Shown piece by piece: positions 57,851 through 64,000 of a stretch of DNA of 64,000 bases (position 1 is its first letter; the number at the start of each line of letters is the position of its first letter). Position numbers and translations under genes: made by a program. Under the pieces are notes generated by a model. The model saw only the letters and a program-made list of their open reading frames with translations, was not told the origin of the DNA and did not search any database. Origin of the DNA: Desulfobulbaceae bacterium DB1 (lineage in GTDB: Bacteria; Desulfobacterota; Desulfobulbia; Desulfobulbales; SURF-16); contig MQUF01000014.1 of assembly GCA_001914235.1 (NCBI GenBank), positions 2,005-66,004 on the forward strand. Direction: 5' to 3'.

Positions 57851-58651
57851 ATGCGGTTTTGCGTGCTTGGCAGCGGCAGCAAGGGCAATGCCACTTATGT
57901 CTCGGCCCGGGGCCGGGGGCTTCTTATCGACAGCGGCTTTTCCGGGGTGGAGATGGAGCGGCGGCTTGCCGTGATCGGGGTGGAAACGGCCTCATTATCC
58001 GCTATCCTGCTTACGCATGAGCATCATGACCATATTAAAGGCGCCGCCGTCCTGGCCCGGAAATATGGTTTTCCACTTTATGCCAATGCCCGGACCATCA
58101 CCGCTGCCGCCAAAACATTGGGTGCGGTTCCCACGGTCCGGGAGTTTACCACCGGCACCGTTTTTTTTCTGCACGAACTTTCGATTCATCCCTTTGCCGT
58201 CTCCCATGACACTGCTGATCCGGTTGGTTTTGTCGTCCAAAGCGGCGGCTGTTCGCTTGGGTACTGTACCGATACCGGCATGGTTTCCCGTCTGATCAGG
58301 CATCGGCTTTCCGCTTGCAACGGCCTGATTATTGAGTGCAATCACGATCCGGAGATGCTGAAAAATGGGCCGTATCCTCTGCGGCTCAAACAGCGGGTTC
58401 GTTCTCAGCAGGGACATCTCGCCAACGAGGAGGCGGCCGGTTTTATCGCGGAACTTCTCCATGATGGCCTGCAGCATGTGGTTCTGGCCCATATCAGCGA
58501 AACAAATAATGATCCTGTCCTTGCCCTGGCAACGGTCGAGGCTGCGGTCAAATCCGACGCCGCGGTATCTCCCGTGATTTCTCTGGCATGGCAGGACAGA
58601 ACGGGTGAAGTCGTTGAGCTTACGGAATGCCGGGCTGATGCGGATATTTAA
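57851..58651 (+). CDS. MBL-fold metallo-hydrolase
   Basis: ATG 57851 preceded by AGGAGG. MRFCVLGSGSKGNATYV and LLTHEHHDHIKG (HxHxDH). Confidence 0.85.
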   Translation: MRFCVLGSGSKGNATYVSARGRGLLIDSGFSGVEMERRLAVIGVETASLSAILLTHEHHDHIKGAAVLARKYGFPLYANARTITAAAKTLGAVPTVREFTTGTVFFLHELSIHPFAVSHDTADPVGFVVQSGGCSLGYCTDTGMVSRLIRHRLSACNGLIIECNHDPEMLKNGPYPLRLKQRVRSQQGHLANEEAAGFIAELLHDGLQHVVLAHISETNNDPVLALATVEAAVKSDAAVSPVISLAWQDRTGEVVELTECRADADI

Positions 58652-59441
58652 AAAACGCTTTCCCTGGGAAATCGGCGCAACCTCTTTTGTCCTGCCGGCC
58701 GGCATGGTTGACAATGTGCGATTTCTCGCCGACAAGGTGGATGACATTCAGCTCCTTTTTTTTGAATCACCGGCAAATGAGGGGCTTGAAAATGGCGTCG
58801 ACAAGGAGATGCTGAAAAAACTTGCCGGGGAAAATGAAACAGGTTTTACCGTGCATCTTCCGACCGATATCAGGCCGGGCAACTGCTGCCCTGAACAAAG
58901 AAAACACGAGGTCGAGGTAATTGCCGGACTGATGGCGGATCTTGATTTCCTTGAACCCCGCTGTTATGATCTGCATTTGCCCCGGCAGCATGATGTTTCC
59001 CATGCGCAGTGGTGCGATAATGTAGACACGTTTCTGTCCATGTTGAAAAAGGAAATAGGCCGACAGAGCAGGCTGGTGGCCATTGAAAATATCGATTATC
59101 CTTTCGCGCGGATCCGCTCTTTGGTTGAAAGTCATGACTTGGGCGTGTGCCTTGATGTCGGGCACGCCCTCTTTTTCGGGGATGATCTTCCCGGTTTCTT
59201 GGCCGATCTTTCCCGCACCCGTCATATTCACTACCACGGCATCAGCAACAACAAAGATCACCAGGGGCTCGGCCCTGGGGACAAATCCATTACCGAACAG
59301 TTGGGGACAGCGCTGCAGGCCGGCGGCTTTGAAGGGGTTGTCACCATTGAGGTGTATAACACATGCGACCTGCATGACTCTTTGGCGCATCTTGAAACGG
59401 TCTGGTCCGGTTACGACAGGCAACGGGGCATGCGGTCGTGA
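58638..59441 (+). CDS. TIM-barrel sugar-phosphate isomerase/AP-endonuclease-2 fold protein, CbiR-like (putative cobamide-remodelling phosphodiesterase)
   Basis: N-terminus FPWEIGATSFVLPAG and overall size resemble CbiR as I recall it. Directly upstream of cobS. Confidence 0.45.
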   Translation: MRIFKKRFPWEIGATSFVLPAGMVDNVRFLADKVDDIQLLFFESPANEGLENGVDKEMLKKLAGENETGFTVHLPTDIRPGNCCPEQRKHEVEVIAGLMADLDFLEPRCYDLHLPRQHDVSHAQWCDNVDTFLSMLKKEIGRQSRLVAIENIDYPFARIRSLVESHDLGVCLDVGHALFFGDDLPGFLADLSRTRHIHYHGISNNKDHQGLGPGDKSITEQLGTALQAGGFEGVVTIEVYNTCDLHDSLAHLETVWSGYDRQRGMRS

Positions 59442-59478
59442 AAAAAATGCGCCGAACGAGGCGGGGAAGGAGCGGAAT

Positions 59479-60258
59479 ATGCTGCGTTCACTGATATTTG
59501 CCCTTTCTTTTTTGACCATCCTGCCATTGCGGGCAGGGGAAATTCATCCGGAACAATTGCCGCAGAGCGGGGCCTTTTTCCCGGTGGCCGGCTGGTTCAT
59601 CGGTTTCTGCCTGGTCGCGGCGGGCTGGGGCATGCTCGCGCTCGGCATGTCTGCTTTTCTTGTCGCGGTGTTGCTCGTTACCTGTGAGGCCTGGCTGACC
59701 AGAGGGCTGCATCTCGACGGGGTGGCCGACCTGCTGGACGGGCTGGGAGGCAGCTTTGACCGGGAAAAAAGGCTGGCCATCATGAAGGATTCCGCCATCG
59801 GCACTTTCGGGGTGGTGGGACTTGTTCTTGTTCTGCTGCTGAAAACTTCCGCCCTCACCTCCTTGCTTTCTTCGATGCTGCAAGGAGCGGCATTTTCATT
59901 TTCTCTTCCGCTGTGTCTGGCCTTTGTGCCTGCCGCCGCTCGATTCGCCATTACCTTCCTTGCGTATAGAAGCCGTTATCCAAGGGCAAGCGGAACCGGC
60001 CATGCCTTTGTCGGTAAGACACGAGGGTGGCATGTGGCCTTGGGTTTTTTCTTTCTGACTCCGGTTTTGTTCGGCGCCGACATGAATGCATCCGGGTTGA
60101 TGCCGGTTGTCTGTTGTTTTGCGGCATCCATCCTTCCCTCACTGTTGCTGCGCTTGCATGGACACAAACTGCTGGGAGGCATAACCGGTGACGTGCTCGG
60201 TGCCGGTTGTGAGTTCGGGGAGGTTGTTGGCTGGCTGACTCTTGCCCTTTTCGTCTGA
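59479..60258 (+). CDS. cobS: adenosylcobinamide-GDP ribazoletransferase (cobalamin synthase)
   Basis: MLRSLIFALSFLTILPL..., GLHLDGVADLLDGLGG, TGDVLGA. The track ORF from 59083 is an upstream over-extension across cbiR. Confidence 0.88.
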   Translation: MLRSLIFALSFLTILPLRAGEIHPEQLPQSGAFFPVAGWFIGFCLVAAGWGMLALGMSAFLVAVLLVTCEAWLTRGLHLDGVADLLDGLGGSFDREKRLAIMKDSAIGTFGVVGLVLVLLLKTSALTSLLSSMLQGAAFSFSLPLCLAFVPAAARFAITFLAYRSRYPRASGTGHAFVGKTRGWHVALGFFFLTPVLFGADMNASGLMPVVCCFAASILPSLLLRLHGHKLLGGITGDVLGAGCEFGEVVGWLTLALFV

Positions 60259-60381
60259 TGGGAATTTTCCGTTAGTTTGTGTGGCACGCAAAAAAAATAC
60301 GTGAGTTCGGAATGTTAAAGCACGTCAGGGTTGTTGTTTGATCTTGACAGTGCAAAATGGGGCGTGCTACTTACATTAAGT

Positions 60382-62100
60382 ATGACTAGTGAATGGAAAA
60401 TTTTTCCGGAGGTTCGGGCTGTCTTGGAATCGGTGAAAACAGGCGTCCTGATCATTGATGCCGCGTACCGGGTGCGGTTTGTCAACCAGACAGTGCGAGA
60501 CATCATAAACAAATCGTGGCCGACGGATGGTTGCGATGTCCACTGTTTTTCTTATCTTCTCGGCAGGGAGGAGCCCTGTGAGGATTGCCTTTTAAAGAGC
60601 GATCCGCTTTCTCTTCAGCAGAAATCCGCCACCATAAAAAAGAATGACGGAAGCGATGTTTTTGTAAGGTTTCAGGTTTCTCCCTATGGGGATGGTCATG
60701 TCATTACCGTGCTTGATATTACCCGGGAAGTTTCATTGCTCCGCAAAATTGATTTGAACCGGAAGGAGCAGCAGGCAAAAAACGTGCTTCTGGAAAGGCG
60801 TCGCCGGCAGGCGCTTGACGAACAGCGGCAAATCAAGGAGCTGATCGATCATCTGCCGGAGGCGCTGCTGACGGTGGATAGCGATTTTGTTATCGAGGGA
60901 CAAAACCGGACAGTGGCTGAGATGCTGAGTCCGAAAACGGCGCAAAAATGTTATCAGCTGCTGGGCGGAACCGCCCCCTGCCGGGATTGTCCTGCCGTGG
61001 GTGGTTTTGCGGCTCTTGATGACGTTAAAAAAATGCATCAACTGGGAGAACGCTATGTGACGGAAAGTATCAGTCGGTCACCTCTGGGCGCAGGCGGTCT
61101 GCTTCTTTTCCGTGACACGACACGCCAGATTCAGCTTATCGAGAAAATCAGAGAACAGCGTCAGACGCTGACCAGTCTTGCCGAGCTGGGCGCCTTGATG
61201 CAGAAGGTGTCTGATCTTGAATCCGTTGTTGATCATTTTCTGGACCTTTTCCTTTCCGTGCTGAAAAAAGAAAATGCGTTGCTGGTGATTAATGATATTC
61301 GGCCAGCCACGATCTGGCTGGTTTCCCGGCGCGGGGTGTGTCCGGAAGATGCGCTGAAAAAAGTGACACGGGCCTACCTGTCCCGCAATTTTCAAGGGTC
61401 GCGGCAAAGTGAGCTGCATGTGGACATGCTTCCCTGGCCGGAAACAAGGCAATTCGTTTTGCGGGGGAGAAACGGGGCACTGGTCGGCCTGCTGCTGCTG
61501 GAAGGCGTGGTGCAGGTGCCGGAAGAAAAGGAACTGGCGGATCTTTTTGTTGAACCTTTAGGAATCTATCTTGATAACAGGCTGTTGTCCCGGAAGCTGG
61601 AGGAAAAGGCCAATACCGATCCTCTCACCGGGTTGTACAATAGGGGCTATTTTGAGCAGGCCTTATTGGAGGAAAAGGAGAAATTTTGCAGGTTCAATAT
61701 GAATTTTGCGGTCATCGCGGCGGATGTCAATCGTTTGAAAAAAGCCAATGATGACTATGGCCACGAGGCCGGGGATCGACTGATTTTAAAGGTCAGCGAG
61801 CTTCTGCGCAAAAACGTGCGGGCAACCGATATCCTTGCCCGTACCGGAGGTGACGAATTCGTCATTCTGCTTACCGACTGTGACTCAGGCAAGCTTCGTC
61901 GTTTTAATGAACGTCTCAACTGTGAGACTTTTCAGGGAATTTTCATTGAAGTGGGTGAAAATGAGCAATTTCCCGTGACGGTCAGTTTCGGCGGTGCCGC
62001 AACCGATACATGCGCAATTGAAATGTTGATGCACGAAGCTGATAAAGAGATGTATGCGGCAAAAGAAAAATTTTATCAAAAGGAACTTCGGTATCGATAG
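60382..62100 (+). CDS. diguanylate cyclase (GGDEF) with two Cys-rich PAS-like modules and a GAF-like region
   Basis: C-terminal DPLTGLYNRGYF...RTGGDEFVILL GGDEF domain. N-terminal CDVHC-x10-CEDC and C-x9-CRDC motifs. Start is 60331 or 60382. Confidence 0.85.
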   Translation: MTSEWKIFPEVRAVLESVKTGVLIIDAAYRVRFVNQTVRDIINKSWPTDGCDVHCFSYLLGREEPCEDCLLKSDPLSLQQKSATIKKNDGSDVFVRFQVSPYGDGHVITVLDITREVSLLRKIDLNRKEQQAKNVLLERRRRQALDEQRQIKELIDHLPEALLTVDSDFVIEGQNRTVAEMLSPKTAQKCYQLLGGTAPCRDCPAVGGFAALDDVKKMHQLGERYVTESISRSPLGAGGLLLFRDTTRQIQLIEKIREQRQTLTSLAELGALMQKVSDLESVVDHFLDLFLSVLKKENALLVINDIRPATIWLVSRRGVCPEDALKKVTRAYLSRNFQGSRQSELHVDMLPWPETRQFVLRGRNGALVGLLLLEGVVQVPEEKELADLFVEPLGIYLDNRLLSRKLEEKANTDPLTGLYNRGYFEQALLEEKEKFCRFNMNFAVIAADVNRLKKANDDYGHEAGDRLILKVSELLRKNVRATDILARTGGDEFVILLTDCDSGKLRRFNERLNCETFQGIFIEVGENEQFPVTVSFGGAATDTCAIEMLMHEADKEMYAAKEKFYQKELRYR

Positions 62101-62270
62101 CCGTTTTTGCCTGGACGGGAAATCAGGACTGGAAGGTTGAAAACGTTGATTTTGCCGGGTGGGCAAAGTATATTGTTTCGTATGTACTGATGATATTGCG
62201 ATAATGGTGGTTCCGGGGCAATGGTTTCGGCTTGTGCGTCAGCAAAAAATGAAGAAAGATAAGGGGTGCC

Positions 62271-62903
62271 ATGACGGTTTCTGATGTTGATGCGAAAATC
62301 GCATCGCTGGTGGAAATAACTGACGCCATATTGCGGGGTGATTTTGACAAACAGGCCTCGGAAGTTCTGGATGCGGAAGGGGTGCTCGCCTCTCTGGCCC
62401 AGAAGATAAATAAGATGGTTGTCAACATGAAAAGCGTCGAGGCGCCGCTTACCAGTGCGGGCAAGCATGCTCCTTCCGTGGTCAGCAGCGCCTATAACGT
62501 CATTGAGCTGATGAGCCAGTCAACCGGCGAGGTGCTGAGCAAGGCGGATAGGTTGGCGGAACTTGCGGATCAGTTCGCGCATGCCCTGGGTGATGGCGCC
62601 AACGGCGGAAACGTCGCCGCAAGCGGAATGATTACCCCCATGAAGGCCGCTATTTATGATATCATTGCATCGCAGTCCTATCAGGATGTTGCCCGCCAGA
62701 AAATGGAGGCATTGATAGGCGAGTTGAACCAGATGCGGGATTGGCTGGTGGAGGCGCTGGTGGTGTTGAATATGGGGAAAGACAGCGCGTCGGAAAATCT
62801 GGAGAAAAAGAAGGAACGCCTGAAAGAGGCAAAGAAAACTATCCCGGACGGACCGCTCAGCCAGGATCTGGTGGATGATCTGCTGGCCGAGTTCGGTTTC
62901 TGA
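62271..62903 (+). CDS. cheZ: CheZ-like CheY-P phosphatase (orphan)
   Basis: 210 aa. IIASQSYQDVARQKM matches the CheZ catalytic block (AQDFQDLTGQVI; DxxxQ). C-terminus SQDLVDDLLAEFGF closely parallels the E. coli CheZ CheY-binding peptide SQDQVDDLLDSLGF. Confidence 0.7.
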   Translation: MTVSDVDAKIASLVEITDAILRGDFDKQASEVLDAEGVLASLAQKINKMVVNMKSVEAPLTSAGKHAPSVVSSAYNVIELMSQSTGEVLSKADRLAELADQFAHALGDGANGGNVAASGMITPMKAAIYDIIASQSYQDVARQKMEALIGELNQMRDWLVEALVVLNMGKDSASENLEKKKERLKEAKKTIPDGPLSQDLVDDLLAEFGF

Positions 62904-62917
62904 GTTCGCAATTTCGC

Positions 62918-64000
62918 CTACCGAAGTATCTGATTCCCGTCAATTGTGCCATTCTCTGTTGTGAGCGGCAGGACGATGGAGAAAACACTCCCCTGCCCCG
63001 GCTGCGACTGTACGGAAAGCGTCCCGCTGTGCCTTTCTATAATGCCGAGTGAAATCGCCAGTCCTAACCCTGTCCCTGCCATTTCCTGTTTCGTTGTATA
63101 AAACGGTTTGAAAATCTTTCCGATTTCCTCCCGAGCAATACCGCAACCCGTATCAGCCACATGAATGGCGATCGTGCCGGCCTCGTCTTGGACCTCCGTG
63201 GCGATGGTGATGGCCCCTCCATTGGCGCAGGCATCACGCGCATTGGTAAGCAGGTTGAGCAAGACCTGGCAAAGTTGGTCGGGAACGAGGGTGACCCGCG
63301 GCATTGTTTTGCCGAAATCTTTTTCCACCCTGATTTTTCTATCGGAAAATTCTTTTTTGCACAAGAGCAACATACTGTCGATGGTTTGATGGATATCCGT
63401 CGGAGACATCATTCCCGTGGTGGGACGTTTGAAATCTCGCAGGTGCATTATGAGGTTTTTCATTCTGTCGCACTCCTGAATAGCCAGTTGCAGCATTTTT
63501 TCATTTTCCGCAGAAAGTGATTCCTGTTGTTGGATGGTGATCAGGATGTTGGTGATGGCAAAAAGAGGGTTGTTGAATTCATGGGCAATGGAGGCCGAGA
63601 GTTTGCCGATGGCGCTCAGCTTTTCAGCATGAAGCAGCTGGTGCTGGGTCTGGATCAATGCCTCTTCAGCCTTGATGCGCCCCGTTATTTCGGTCTGCAG
63701 TTCGGCAATGAATTTTTTTAGTTCCTGTGTTCTGGCCTCGACTTTCTGTTCAAGCTCCTCATTGGCTTTCTGCATGGAGGATTCCGCTGCTTTCTGGACA
63801 CTGATGTCTCTGGCAATGTGAACTGAACCGAAAAGTTCTCCATCCCTGTTAAAGAGCGGTGAGACGGTGACTTCAAAAAAGGCGTTGAAGTTTCCCAGAT
63901 ACTGGACGGTTTTATGCTCGTGATGATCGCCAAGAAGCAGGGCGTGGGGACAATAAGCGGGAGGAATGTCGGATTGGTGCATCAGTTCATAGCAGAACAT
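62918..64000 (-). CDS. sensor histidine kinase (PAS + HisKA + HATPase_c), probably continues beyond the window end
   Basis: H-box SASIAHEFNNPL. N/G boxes LLNLLTNARDA, DTGCGI, GTGLGLAIS. PAS-like segment upstream. Confidence 0.9.
   Translation of the reverse strand: MFCYELMHQSDIPPAYCPHALLLGDHHEHKTVQYLGNFNAFFEVTVSPLFNRDGELFGSVHIARDISVQKAAESSMQKANEELEQKVEARTQELKKFIAELQTEITGRIKAEEALIQTQHQLLHAEKLSAIGKLSASIAHEFNNPLFAITNILITIQQQESLSAENEKMLQLAIQECDRMKNLIMHLRDFKRPTTGMMSPTDIHQTIDSMLLLCKKEFSDRKIRVEKDFGKTMPRVTLVPDQLCQVLLNLLTNARDACANGGAITIATEVQDEAGTIAIHVADTGCGIAREEIGKIFKPFYTTKQEMAGTGLGLAISLGIIERHSGTLSVQSQPGQGSVFSIVLPLTTENGTIDGNQILR

Noticed and set aside
59083-59478. Upstream extension of cobS to a 391-aa ORF
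   Set aside because: It overlaps the cbiR-like gene in another frame. The CobS homology and hydrophobic N-terminus begin at MLRSLIF (59479).

Overview
64-kb chromosomal window, probably from an anaerobic Desulfobacterota-type (deltaproteobacterial) genome. That placement is an inference from gene content: multihaem cytochrome c, an AhbD-like radical SAM gene beside hemE/hemH, and a complex I operon lacking nuoEFG. Most of the window is housekeeping. In order it holds hisD (partial), a 12-haem cytochrome and nadE; an IS110-family insertion; phoH2; a haem-biosynthesis cluster; cvfB and a GNAT gene; mreBCD-mrdA-rodA; tRNA-Ala(GGC); mpl; a 13-ORF nuo-like operon; tRNA-Gly(CCC); the rimP-nusA-ylxR-infB-rbfA-nrnA-truB-rpsO-pnp superoperon; an M16 peptidase, dut, an MBL hydrolase and cbiR-like/cobS; and a signalling patch (GGDEF cyclase, CheZ-like phosphatase, partial histidine kinase). 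The only clearly accessory segment is 14.1-23.9 kb. It is a type I restriction-modification operon in R-S-M order, interrupted by a Fic toxin with a convergent antitoxin-like ORF, a RhuM remnant, an AAA/DUF4143 ATPase, three diverged copies of the hsdR 3' tail and a 42-bp hsdM fragment. The two best candidates for something undescribed are these. (i) The tail-bearing, translationally coupled ORFs and cargo cassettes inside the type I R-M operon. (ii) The nuoEFG-less complex I with four antiporter-like subunits plus an 83-aa membrane protein. All calls come from reading ORF translations, motifs and repeats by eye. No database search, HMM or folding computation was possible, so family names are recollection-based and element boundaries are approximate.
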